Position numbers and translations under genes: made by a program
From: Narcine bancroftii
Lineage: Eukaryota
Direction of reading: 5' to 3'
Length of the DNA stretch: 64,000 bases
NCBI RefSeq assembly: GCF_036971445.1
Contig: NC_091471.1
Location: forward strand, 351,974,001-352,038,000
In this document: positions 36,218 through 48,284 of the stretch, piece by piece
Layout of the letters: every line of letters starts with the position of its first letter
How positions within the stretch are numbered: position 1 is the first letter of the stretch
Notes under the pieces: model-generated
Databases searched by the model: none
What the model was told of the DNA's origin: nothing
What the model saw: the letters and a program-made list of their open reading frames with translations, nothing else

Positions 36218-36497
36218 TTATAGCTGCATGCAATCTACTCCTCCAGATCCTGGCTGAAACTGTTTCCCCAGTTTCACACTATCCCCCCAAGGTCCAGACT
36301 TATCCTGATCCAGAAGTATCTGAAGTTGAGATCACTGAAACCCAAATCACTGGTCAGGTTCATTTCCCAGTACAAGGTCTGCTGTGGCCCCTCCCTGGGC
36401 TAAGCTATCTCCATACTGTTTCAAGAAACCCTTTTGGATGCACCTGACACATTGTTCCATCTAAGTCTCTTGACCAAGGAAATCCCAGTCAATATAC

Positions 36498-37469
36498 TGT
36501 GACAGAATATAGATATGTTTTTGGGAGATAAACTGGGGCAGGTTTGTTAGTGTAGGTCACATACAAACACTTTAAAACAGATCTTATTTGAAATACTGGA
36601 GCTCTGCTAATGCTAGACATGTTGGGCCCTCAGAGCCTTTGCAAAAGTTTTGGAGTGTGCCCAAGAGACTTTACTAATGGATTGTTGTTTACAAAAAGGA
36701 AACTGATGAAAGAGCTTGTCAGAGCCACTGTCTGGAGTGGAACTTGCAGTTTTGCAAGAAAGAGGCGCACACACACACACACACAGATCAGTTTTACAGC
36801 CAGCATCAGCAGCTGGAACTGGAACAGGACAAGCTGGCAAATGTGTGGAAACCCCATTTGGAAAATGGATTGTGAGTTTTTAGTTCAACCTGGTCAAAGC
36901 CCTTGTGGTTCATGCAAGAGGAGAAGACTGACTGTCTAATGTTTCATTTGGAATAAGAGAAACAAAAAAGAACTCTGTGGTGACCTGAAAGAAAGAGGTT
37001 ATCATCTGGAGAACCCTGAGGGGACAAATTTTGTCAGCAAGACACTGAAGTGGCTGATGAAAGTAAATCAGTTGTGGATGTCCTGGAACCAAAAAATCTC
37101 TCTGAAAACCAACAAGAATCTTCCTGAGTGGTAATCATTTACCTTTCAAGCACCAAAGCCTGGTGAACTTTATTAATGTTAAATTCTGAGAACCGTATAA
37201 AAATTGCCTGCAACCAGTTAACTTGGAGGATTGAGAAGTGAGATTGGATGGTGAACCAAAGAACTTTTCTGAACTTAAACACACATTACATACATGTGCG
37301 CTTAGAATTAGAAGGGGGTTAAGTTAGGTTAGTTAAGTCAATAGTGATGTTAAAGTGTGATTTCATTTTCATGTTTAAAGATAATTAAATGCAACTTTTG
37401 TTTAAGAAACCATTTGTCTTGGTGAATATCTATTGCTGCTGGGTTTGTGGGTCCTCTGGGTTCATAACA
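36498..37469. mobile_element. Solo LTR (972 bp) with 4-bp TSD
   Basis: TGTGAC...TAACA termini; TSD atac at 36494-36497 and 37470-37473; no internal coding sequence. Confidence 0.8.
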
Positions 37470-37472
37470 ATA

Positions 37473-38021
37473 CATTAGAATCCCCTTTATCCAGCACCTA
37501 CAGGGATTGTGAATGTCGGATTTCAACCCTTTGCTTCCTGCCTATCAGCCATTTCTCTATCCAGTTTAATAACTTTGCTGTAATTCCATTGGTCCTCATC
37601 TTATTTAGGAGCCTAATATGTGGAACCTTATCGAAAGCCTTTTGAAAATCTAAATAGATAACATCCGCAGCCTCTCCTTTGTCTAACATACCTCATACAA
37701 ATAAAGATTAAAAACTCTCACCAGGCAGGGATAAGGAGACACTTTGGGAGGGGCGCCCCAGCAGTGGGTGGCATTGGCCAGTTCTTCATCCTGAGTGCCA
37801 CCATTTTATTCAAACAACTGCTGTGGGCAGGGCACAACCAGGGGCTGAATGTTTCTTCCCATCTTCACCAAGGGGCTGTGTGTTCCTTCAGATAATGTTC
37901 ACTTTTATAATTTTTAACTTTTATTTAAAATTTTAACTTCTATTTATTTATTTCCTCGATTTTTTTTGCCGGTTGTTTGGGTTGCTGGTTGATTGAATTC
38001 CGGATAATAGGGATACTACTA
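37473..38021. mobile_element. Tigger/pogo-like MITE interrupted by a CR1 RT fragment
   Basis: TIRs ta|cattagaatcccctttatccag and ccggataatagggatactacta|ta. Confidence 0.65.
37521..37689 (-). mobile_element. Internal CR1 reverse transcriptase fragment
   Basis: LDKGEAADVIYLDFQKAFDKVPHIRLLNK...WIEKWLIGRKQRV. Confidence 0.9.
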
Positions 38022-38539
38022 TAATAAGAAAGTCACCCCTCTAACAACTCTGCTGCTTTTACATTTTTCCATGAGCTGCTGACATTCTGTTCTTCCGTTG
38101 GGATATATATAGCAGCCATTCTCAACCTTTCTCAGCTACGACTTTCTTGGCTCAATGTTTATCGGCCCCCTTCCCTGTGTTAGTCGTCAAAGTTTTGGTT
38201 TCTTCTGTACTTCTAGTTTAACGACAAAAAAAAACTTTAAAAAGTATTGATGTTACATGAGGTAACAAGAAAACAAGGCTTTTATGAAAAGATGTCTCAG
38301 TGCCGTGTCACGTTCCATTTAGATGGGCTGTGCCTTTCAGTTCAGGATCAGGATTACATGCATGAAATTTGTTGTTTTGCAGCAATAGTATATATTGTGC
38401 AGTATGAAGTGCAAATCTGGCATAAATTACAATTCCCTAAATACAAGATTTAAAAGAAAAATAACTCATTCAAAAAAGAGAAAAAGTGAAATAGTGTCCA
38501 TCAGTTCTTTGTTATCGTTTATGAGAGAAGAGCGACACC

Positions 38540-39326
38540 AGTGCCTGCTCGTAAGAGGCATCGCCTCCAGCAGGATGACTAGCTACAACCCCTGGGGGAA
38601 TAGACAAGTTGAAAAGGAGAACACAACAGTTTGGAAGGCTGTAAAACTGGCCCTCTGGTCTAAAGGCCTTCCAGACTCACGCTGGCAAGAAATTCTGCCC
38701 ACCATGCTCCACTTCACAAGGTCGCTCCTCTGCACCGCGACCAAATGTGACTCCTCATAAGCTAAAGTTTGCATTCCTGAGAAAATTTCTGAAATGCCTA
38801 AGTGGCATATCTGGATGGCAGGGAGAACACGGTCTCGATCAGAGATCTGCCACCTTCAGGAACTGAGATCCTGTCCCCCACAGTGGGCCTGGACCTCCAA
38901 ACACCCTGCGCAGGGTTCTGGATGACATAGTTCCAACAGAGCTACCACTAGACCTGGAACCCCCAAAGTTCCCCTTCAAGTCCCACTACCCAAGAACCAC
39001 AGGAGGCGCTTGACCAGAATAACCAGGCCCCCTGACAGACTCAACTTGTAAATAACTGTACAACAAAAACTTTTTTTTGAAGATGGTCTGTTTTCACCCT
39101 CAGGGTGAAGGAAGGAGTGAATGCAGTGAACTGGAATTCACTGTCTGTATGTAGAGTAGATGGCCAACTCCTCCTCTTGGCTCCACCCCCATCGGCCCCA
39201 ACATAAACCCTGATTTCCCACCTTACCCCAGAATGACCTGAAGACCTCTGTAAATACTGGCCGTTAGTTGTAAGCTAATAAAAGTGTTTCTGCTCCTCGA
39301 GTCTGAGTCCCATCGATCACGTTACA
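38540..39326 (+). mobile_element. Gypsy-type LTR retrotransposon remnant: integrase fragment, PPT and 3' LTR (39122-39326)
   Basis: GIASSRMTSYNPWGNRQVEKEN...RSLLCTAT integrase-core motif; purine tract gaaggaaggagtgaa; TG...CA LTR containing AATAAA. Confidence 0.8.
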
Positions 39327-39929
39327 GGGCCACTCTATAGCATTTCCCTGTGGAACATGGAAATTTCTAATAAGAAGCTTCAATAATTACAAGGTTAGTG
39401 GCACCGACACTCCTCGCTATTGATAAACTCAGGCTTAACGGTTCGTGTTTGAATAACAATGGCAGTTACTGTTCATTGCTTGTGGAGTGTGGAGTCCATA
39501 CTCAAGGCAGAATTAACCACTGTAATTGAACTGCTGGGGGAAGGAGAACAGAAGAAAGATGTGATTACAGAGGTAGGAGAATTTTTACTCTTCAGAGACT
39601 AATCAAGCCAGAGAAGTAGCCTGCAGGCAGAGAGGATAACAGCCTGTTAAGACTAGGCTGAGGGAACGATAGGCTTTAATAAATAGAAGAACCTTGCTGG
39701 CCCAGATCCAGGTATAGGAATGGTGGGAAGGGAGAGGTGGCTTGACCTTTATGGCCCAGGACCAAGGGGAGGAGTCATAGGATACGAGTCATCAGTGGGG
39801 GGCCAGCTCCATATGTGCAGTCGTCAACCATAACTATATACAATGGCGGAAACATATCACCACACAGCCGAAGAAACTATTGGAGTCGCAGGGTCAATAT
39901 TCCAAGGCAGTTCTCTGAATCGAATATAG

Positions 39930-41042
39930 TTATGACCATTCAAGCCAATCAAATGCTTCTCAACTTAAAAAAAACTATGGGAACAAGATTTCCAGTGGAT
40001 ATTTTCTAAGACTAAGGATTCTATTTTGAACAGGTATTCATTCATCTTCTCTTTATACTAGAATCTCACTATTGCAATTTAAAGTTGTGCATCGTGCCCA
40101 CTTTTACAAAACCCAACTGGCTAAATTCTATCTAAACTTACCTTCTAAATGCAGTAAATGCAAGACTGAAGATGGTTCATTGTATCATCCATTTTGGTTA
40201 TCTCCTTCTCTTCTCAATTATTGGGAAGGTGTATTTTGTACACTATCTTTATTTTTTTTTAATAGTTAATTAAACTTTTTGGCCATATATGCTGTCAATT
40301 ACAAAATTAAAAATAACAAGTTCAAATGTAAATCCAGTATTAATCCATGATGGTTGTGCCCCAACCCCCACCCAAGTAAAAAGAGTAGATATAAAGGAGA
40401 AAAAAAGCAGAAAGGATTGCTGAAAAGTGCCGCACACTCCATAGATCATAAATTGAAATTCTATTTCATTTTTTTTGGAGAAGATCAATGCAAGTCTCAA
40501 AGGTTGGGAGAACACAATTAAAGATTTACATCTCCATCTCCTTTTATTGCCTTGTTTGGAATATGTGGGCCCTATGATCTGATATTGAATTCTTCACAAT
40601 CCCATGCAGTAGCTTTTGTTTCCCTGATTGCCAGAAGGGCCGTACTAATAAAATGGAAAGATGCTGTCCCTCTCACTCACTCTAAATGACTGTCTGGCAT
40701 GGTGGCTTGTTTACCTTTAGAAAAAAATTAGTTGCTCCACTACTGTAATGAATGTAAACTTTATTTCTTTATGGGGTCCTTCCCTTAATCATTTCCCAAA
40801 TTTGTAAGCTTAATTTTTGATTCTTAATCTCAATGTTTATTTACATTTTTTATGTATTTTGCCAACAGCCTCTGTAGGTAAGGGGTCAAATTTGTAGATA
40901 ACCCAGTTCCTTTATTTTTGCAACTTAAAAAAAAAGGTTTTTGTCATTTCTGATATTAGTATCATATAAATTTGATTATGTTCCATTCATGTTTATTTAA
41001 CTGTTACATTTGCTAAATTAAATTAATAAAAATATTGAAAAA
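39930..41042 (+). mobile_element. L1 ORF2 3' fragment with an antisense L1 tail inserted at ~40250-40520
   Basis: QFKVVHRAHFYKTQL...CSKCKTEDGSLYHPFW zinc-knuckle region; ends aataaaaatattgaaaaa. Confidence 0.75.
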
Positions 41043-41354
41043 GGTGTTTGCTCTTCTTGGCATCAAAGTCCCGTGCACTGACCTCAGTGAAACTGTCCGC
41101 TTGACTTGTGCCTCTTGGGAAAGACTTCATCCTGGCTGCAAAATTTCAAAATAGTTCCATACTTACAGCAGTTGAGCAGCTGTATTCCAAAGTGGAGTAC
41201 CCAGTAGCTTGGCAGAGTGTTTCCTGTTTTTTTTTGTTTATTATTAAATAAACAGGACAGGTATCTGAAAATCAGGCCCGAGAAACAGATTTTAAAGAAG
41301 AGGGATAGAGAGAGCAAGGCCAGTTTTGGAGGAAGGGATGGAGGGAGGAACAAG

Positions 41355-41582
41355 CAGACTCAACAACAAATTCTATCAGGGACTCATTTAAGGACATTGT
41401 TTTTTTTCCCCCCCTGACTGTACAGTCAATTATTTTTACATTTCTTTAATTGTTTACATGTTTACATTGTATACAGTTTTTTTGCACTACAAATAATTGG
41501 TAATTCTGCCTCACGCACAGGAAAAAGAATCTCAGGGTTGTATGTGATATCATGTATTGTACTCTGACAATAAATCTGAAAT
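41355..41582 (+). mobile_element. Rex1/Babar 3' UTR
   Basis: Matches the 3' UTR at 5157-5390 and ends ctgacaataaatctgaaatc. Confidence 0.8.
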
Positions 41583-41904
41583 CACAGTCTGAGGAGAACT
41601 GTGTTCTTAGAGGGATGAGGAACTGGAGAATGGGAGTAGTGCTTGACTGCTTGTTTGATTCGTTCCCTCAACCGGAGGCTAATCTCGACTGCTATCCTGG
41701 CCCCAAATTCTAACAGCAGACTATTAATCAAGAAGAGGATTTTTGACTTTGTGCTGCAGATGAATGAAGGCATTTGGGAGCCTGATGGGAATGGAATCAG
41801 AACAGAAATGCTGGAGATACTCAGCAGGTCAGGCAGCATTTGCTGAGAGAGAAAAACAGAGCTCAATGTTTCAGTTCCGATAAAGATTCACTCATCTGAA
41901 ATGG

Positions 41905-42105
41905 GAAGCATGGTTAGCATAACGTTGCCATGCCTTTACAGCATCAGTGATCATGACTTGGGTTCAAATCCAATGCTGGGTTCTCCCCAGAGGGGCTCTG
42001 GTTTCCTCCCACTATTCTAAAGGTACCAGGGGTGTAGGTTAATTGGATGTAAATTGGGTAGCACGGGCTCGATTTCCATGCTGCATGTCTAAATTTAAAA
42101 AAATG
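41905..42105 (+). mobile_element. V-SINE (HE1-like)
   Basis: gggttcaaatcc B-box-like motif, ggtttcctcccac and shared tail. Confidence 0.7.
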
Positions 42106-42124
42106 TAAAATAACTCTAGTAAAA

Positions 42125-42430
42125 GCATAATGTTGGAGAAACTCAGCTAGTCAAACAGTGTACTTTTTTTTTAAACTTGCCACACTCGCTCTCTCTCCCC
42201 CTTTGTCTGACACCTGCCAGTCAAACTCTGACTCCCTACATGATAGTCATTCTCTGGCTCACCTGTCCCCCTTCTGGCCCTGTCCAAACCTTCCATCCTG
42301 TCCTCATTATATTGGCAGTCTCCTCTCAACACACTCAGTCCTGATGAAGGGTTCTGACCCAAGACAGCGACCATTTTTTTTCTCCTATTGATGCTACTCA
42401 AGCGGGAGAGTTCCTCCAGCAGTTTCTTTT
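42125..42430. mobile_element. Penelope-like terminal-repeat fragments in inverted arrangement
   Basis: ttggagaaactcagc at the left end; ctgatgaagggttctgaccc...gagttcctccagca at the right. Confidence 0.55.
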
Positions 42431-43102
42431 TGTTTAAGTGCCTGTCACAGGTAGTGGAAGATAAATAAAAATGCAGAGTGCAGTGTTGCAGAGAAAGTTC
42501 AGTTCAAGAGTTAACATTTCTGGTGAAGGGTCGTTGGGCCGCAACATTCCCAATGTTAATCTCTCCACAGGTGTTGTCTGATCTGCAGAGTGATTCCAGC
42601 ATTGTCTGCTGATATTTCAGACCTCCTACATCCCTGGCTTTTGAATTTTAAGTATTAAAATTTATTGTTGAAAATTCCAATGGTCTCATGTTGCTGAAAT
42701 GATGGAGTATTTGTTGGCATTTCATTTTCTGGAGTTTTCTGGTTGAGAATCTTGGGGATGTGTCACAGGAAATTTCATACAAGCCAGCGTCACTTGTGAA
42801 ATGTTGGAGCACAGCAACCAATTTGCACAGTAGTGTTGTTTGAAGGATAAATGTTGGCAGCAACAACTCTCTTGCTCTTCCTCAAAATTTCATCACATGA
42901 TCATTTATCCTGGACCTTCCATGAACACACATCTCCTCACTTGTCAGAAAGGCACAACACTGACTGCACTTCCTCAGAAGACTGAGGTTCCTGGCCATCA
43001 TTCTATCAACTTTCTACCGGAGCTGTATCGAGATCATCCTGGCTGGCTGCATTAGTGTGGTACGGTTGCTGTAGAGCAGTGGTTTGCAAACTTTTTCTTT
43101 CC

Positions 43103-43895
43103 TCTGGGATCAGTTGAAGACTACCATACTGCAATCCACTGAAGAGGTACTGGGCTTCTCCTCCAGGAAAAACAAGGACTGGTTTGACGAAAACAGCCAG
43201 GAAATCCAGGAGCTGCTGGCAAAGAAGCGAGCTGCCCACCAGGCTCACCTTACAAAGCCGTCCTGTCCAGAGAAGAAACAAGCCTTCCGTCGCGCATGCA
43301 GCCATCTTCAGCGCAAACTCCGGGAGATCCAAAATGAGTGGTGGACTAGCCTCGCCAAACGAACACAGCTCAGCGCGGACATTGGCGACTTCAGGGGTTT
43401 CTACGAGGCTCTAAAGGCTGTGTACGGCCCCTCACCCAAGTCCAAAGCCCGCTGCGCAGCTCAGACGGCAAAGTCCTCCTCAGCGACAAGATCTCCATCC
43501 TCAACCGATGGTCAGAACACTTCCAATCTCTTTTCAGTACCAACCGCTCAGTCCAAGATTCCGCCCTGCTCCAGCTCCCTCAACAGCCCCTAAGGCTAGA
43601 GCTGGATGAGGTTCCCACCCTGGATGAGACATATAAGGCAATCGAACAACTGAAAAGTGGCAAAGCAGCAGGTATGGATGGAATCCCCCCAGAAGTCTGG
43701 AAGGCTGGCGGCAAAACTCTGCATGCCAAACTGCATGAGTTTTTCAAGCTTTGTTGGGACCAAGGTAAACTGCCTCAGGATCTTCGTGATGCCACCATCA
43801 TCACCCTGTACAAAAACAAAGGCGAGAAATCAGACTGCTCAAACTACAGGGGAATCACGTTGCTCTCCATTGCAGGCAAAATCTTCGCTAGGATT
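43103..43895 (+). mobile_element. Internal RTE (BovB-like) ORF fragment inserted in a hAT MITE, itself inside a Rex1 fragment
   Basis: RKNKDWFDEN, KAAGMDGIPPEVWK and LYKNKGEKSDCSNYRGITLLSIAGKIFAR motifs with one frameshift near 43437. MITE halves at 43077-43102 and from 43896. Confidence 0.9.
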
Positions 43896-44079
43896 CCACT
43901 CACATACCACCTTAAGTAATCCCTATTCCATAGGTGCTCTGTGATTAATAAGGGATTTCTCTGAGACTCCACTATTTATTAATAATATTTATTTTAATAA
44001 ATGTACTGTACTTTTCTGTATATGTGTTATGTCTATTGAACTGTTTTGCACTGTGAACTGAAGCATGGTGCTCTATGGA

Positions 44080-45942
44080 ATCATGTGATACCAAGAGTGT
44101 AGGGGCAAAAAAAATAATCAGGAAGGGTGACTTTAGTCAAAAAAAGGGTTGAAAGGATGAAAGACAACATGGAAAGATTGGAAAGTGACAGGAATACCTG
44201 GAGAAAGAAAAAATATGGGTCTACACCAGTTGTACCTGACGGTGCAAAAATTGAACAGATCTGAACCAGAATTGTCAGACCAATGCTTTTGATGTGGCAT
44301 TGATACAGGAACCTTTGTGCACGCAACCTAGACATGTACCAAAGTGAGACCCTTCTGGGTGGAACTAGGCTAAGTTCTAGGAAAAGAATTCCCACAGGAC
44401 CCAGAGTTGTTCCTGTTGGGAAACATAAAGGACATGAAACATACAATGAACTTGTCCAAATTTCAAATCCAATTCGTTATGATCACATTGGCAATGGCCA
44501 GGACGTACATAGCAGCTGCCCGGAAATTTGACTCCTGCCCCAGCATTACTCGCAAGAACACAGAAATACAAAACTTACTTATAACTTAAGGAAAAAGTAT
44601 AACACTTTTTGGAAAATTTGGCCACCATACTTAAATTCCATAGGAGCATGATTATAGTGTAGACTCAAATTCACGGAGGGCCAAAATTAAAAACTTGGTC
44701 TAAGTCGAGGGCCGAACTAAATATTTATTGAAATTTTTCAACAACATCTGCATGTTTTCTCTTCTTTCAACATATGTAATGTTAAACTTTAGGATATAAC
44801 TTTAGGAGGATAATGTTACAGGTCAGGAGTAGGTAGTTCAAGTTCACCCTTTGCTTGACCTGAGGGAAACATATTTGGTCCCTGTGGAGATGTAGTCAGC
44901 ATTCACAGGCTGTGTCCATTTTGGCCTGCATCAGGACTCAGCATTTCCTGCTCACTCCTCAGGCTCTAGGCCTCGACCCACCATCCCTCTACCTGACCAG
45001 TCCTTTACCCAACCTCTACTCGCTCTGCCTCTACCCACCCCATCCTATACACGCCCCTCTACTGCCTCTCCCCTCAACCTGTTCCTCCCTCTACCCGTCT
45101 CTCACCCTCTAATCACCCCTTCCCTACTTGCCCTGCCCCTCCCCTTTTACCTCTTCCCTATCCACCCCTCCTTCTACTCATCCCTCCCTCTAACTGCCCC
45201 TCGCACCACCATAACTTCCCCTGCCCATTACTCCTCACCTACACCCTCTGCCCATCCCTGCTTACTCACCCACTCAGGCCCAGCGTGCTGCCGATCAGCC
45301 TTTGCGGACAGCCACCGTCTCTCTCTTCACGTGCAGGGCCAAACCAGCCGTCCCTGGGGTCCACGCGGGTGCAAGCGCTGAAGGCCATGGCGACTGGGAG
45401 AAGTGCACTCGCGCTGTGGAAGGGCCATCCGGTGCCAGTCGCGCGGGGCTCGCGCTGCCTGGGGGCCGTGCGCAGCCTGCCATGTCCGTCGCGCCGACAG
45501 GAAATCACAGGCGCTCGTCCATCCGCTGCACCGCTCGACAGGTGGGAGAAGTGACTGGTTGTGTGGGGAGCCTTCCAACTGGCTTGCCGGCTGATGACAT
45601 CGACAGACTTCTCGTGTTACAATTTCTCGTGTTACAATGGGGAAGGATGTGCAATGAAGGGGGAGGATGGTGGGGGTGACATTACCAAAAAACAGCATCG
45701 GCTCTTGCTGCAGGGCAGGCCACCTCTAATACATTTTTGAAATGATCTTGTGGACCAAATATAATGGGCCAGAGTTTGACATGTGTGGTTTAGACCATCG
45801 CACCTCGTCTATCCTTCAAACTGTATAAAATGGATAATTGTAATTGTAGTCAATGTTGACACTGTTAATATTGACGCTGATAATACTGATAACTATTTGA
45901 GTTTAAGTTTGGAAAATCATAAATAAAATATTCAAAAAAAAA
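44080..45942 (+). mobile_element. Degenerate L1 3' fragment interrupted by a hAT element
   Basis: FWKIWPPYL-type C-terminus near 44610; AATAAA and A-tail at 45920-45942. Confidence 0.55.
44665..45787. mobile_element. Non-autonomous hAT element (~1.1 kb)
   Basis: Right end gggccagagtttgacatgtgtg; left end tcaaattcacggagggcc (TIR tip missing). Flanked by gtgtagac and gtttagac (probable 8-bp TSD). Confidence 0.6.
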
Positions 45943-45944
45943 TG

Positions 45945-46430
45945 CAAAAAACTAGACACTTGAAAATTTAAGTCAAAGAATTAACATAAAAATCGTAGGG
46001 GTAAAAGAGGAGGAAGGAGGGAGGGACCCGCTAGCATTTTTTAGAGAATAGATCCCGAAGTTATTGGGGAGAGAAAGAATAGATGGGGCTTGTCGCTCTC
46101 CCCTTCCAAGGCCAGGCCTGGGACAGGCCTTGCTCTGTCCTGATCAGACTTGCAAAATACCAGGACAAGGAAAAGAACTCTACGAGCAGTGGCTCTGGAT
46201 TTGCAGAACATGAAGGGGGTAAAATTCTCTTTTATCCAGCTATTACTACGGCAATCTTTAAAAATCTTAAGAGTTGGATCCAGTTTTAAAAAAAGTTAAA
46301 TAAAGGAATTGGATCTACTTTACTGTACCCAGCAACCCTGAAAATATTCCTATCTGCAGGAGTAAGGAATTTTTTTCACGGAGGCCAAAAACACACTAAA
46401 ATATGTAAATACCTTGTCTTCTGCCCCCAA
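45945..46430 (+). mobile_element. L1 ORF1 fragment (degenerate)
   Basis: Reads as ENLSQRINIKIVGVKEEEGGRDP, later LLYPATLKIF. Confidence 0.7.
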
Positions 46431-46543
46431 AAAAATCTATGGGAGATGGGGAAATAAGGGATTGTAGGCTCATGGCCTTGTAAATATGGCTGTAAATAAT
46501 GTAAATACAATAGATCTTACTAAAGCATGCAAAATTAAGAAAG

Positions 46544-46774
46544 TGTGATGAAATGCATAAGCATAGATGTATGAACTGGCCAGTCCAAACCTCCCTGACC
46601 TTCCCTAACTCCTCTCTTGGCTCCTGCCCGGATTTCCCAATAAAGGGCTGGTGTGTCCGGACTTGCCCCTGTACCTGGAACCTGGCTAAGTAGTGTATCA
46701 GTAATGCTCAGGTTTTTGGTGATTAAAGCCGTTTAATCATCCATCATGTCGATGTGATTATTGTGTGCTCCACA
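46544..46774 (+). mobile_element. Short solo LTR
   Basis: TGTG...CACA termini; flanks gaaag/gagag; layout similar to the LTR at 39122-39326. Confidence 0.5.
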
Positions 46775-46799
46775 GAGAGACACAAGATAGAAACAGGAG

Positions 46800-47132
46800 G
46801 TTGCTTCCACTGGTCAGCAAGTCTAGAACTCAGGGACATAGCCCCAAGATTGAGAGAAGTAGATTTTGGATGGCAGGAACTGCTTTTTACTGGGAATAGT
46901 CAATCTGTGGAATTATCTGCCCAAGAAAGTAGTAGAGGCTACCTCTAAAATATATTTAAGACACAGTTTGATATATTTTTGCTTAGTACCTTGTAGTGGA
47001 ATTAAGGGTTACTGGGGAAGAGCCAGGTAAATGGAGCTGAGTCCATGGCCAGATCAGCTATGATCTTAATGAATGGTGGAGCAGGCTTAACGGGCCAGAT
47101 GGCCAACTTCTGCTCCTATTTCTTGTGTTCCT
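46800..47132 (+). mobile_element. CR1-type LINE 3' fragment
   Basis: gtcaatctgtggaattatctgccc and the ggccagatggccaacttctgctcctatttctt tail. Confidence 0.75.
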
Positions 47133-47294
47133 CTGTTCAGCTGAGCCACAGGTGGTGCAAAATGGACCTGTTTTGATATTGAAATTAAATATTGCCTCTC
47201 ATGCCTACACCTCCATGGATCCTGCTCTAAGCAGTGGACAAAATCTCTGATTATCTCCATATATTATTTAGTGGTTGACAACATACTTCACCTT

Positions 47295-48110
47295 ATAACA
47301 TAGAACATTACGGCACTGTACAGGCCCTTTGACCATAGATGTTGTGCCGATCTATATATTCCTACAAAAAAAACACTTCTTACCTCATAACCATCTATTT
47401 TTCTTTCATCCATGTACCCATCTTAAATGTTCCTAATGTTTCAGCCTCCATCACCACCCCTGGCAAGGCATTCCAGGCACCCATAACTCTCTATGTGAAA
47501 AACTTACACCTGATGTCTCTCTAAATTTCCCTCCCTTCACTTTGTTCAAATGCCCTTTGGTGTTTGCTGGTCATGCCCTGGAAAAAAAAAGTGCTGGCTG
47601 TCTATGCCTTTATCATCTTGTAGACCTCTATTAAGTCGCCACCCATCTTTCTTCACTGCAAAGAGAAAAATCCCAGCTCTGCTAACCTCACCTCATAAGA
47701 CTTATTTTCCAATCCAGGCAACATCCTGGTAAATCTCCTCTGCACCCTCTCCACAGCTTCATTACCCTTCCTATAATTAGGTGACCAGAATTGAACACAA
47801 TGCTTGAAATGTGGTCTCACCAGAGATTTGTAGAGTTGTAACCTCTTGACTCTTGAACTAAATCCTCCAACTAATGAAGCCCAGCATCTCACAGGCCTTC
47901 TTAACTATCCTGTTAAACTGCGAGGCAACCTTGAGAGATGTATGGATTTGGATCCTAATGTCCCTTCATTTCTCTGCACTGTTAAATATCAATCTATTAA
48001 CCCTGTACTCACCCTTCTAGTTTAACCTTCCAAAATGCATCATCTCACACTTATCGGACTAAACTCCATCTGCCACTTTTCCACCCATCTCTGCATATGT
48101 CCTATGACAA
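47295..48110 (-). mobile_element. CR1-type LINE 3' fragment
   Basis: LQLYKSLVRPHFKHCVQFWSPNYRK...ERVQRRFTRMLPGL. Confidence 0.9.
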
Positions 48111-48284
48111 TCTTCAAGTTTCGTATCCCAAATTATTTGTTGTCAGATAGAGCAGATAACCAATGAGCACTACCCCTAGTGTGTTACATTTCCAAATGAA
48201 GGCTGGCAGATTAGGGACTCATGATTCATACCTGAGCCTTCAGGAGGAAGGTTCAGTCCAGTACAAAGATAATTATTAACTAGA

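Noticed and set aside
35861-36257. 48-bp array as a CRISPR array or as a repeat protein (QWLFKQLPPDRCGLNE)n
   Set aside because: Units are directly adjacent with no unique spacers, there are no cas genes and the context is eukaryotic. The open frames follow from a unit length divisible by three.
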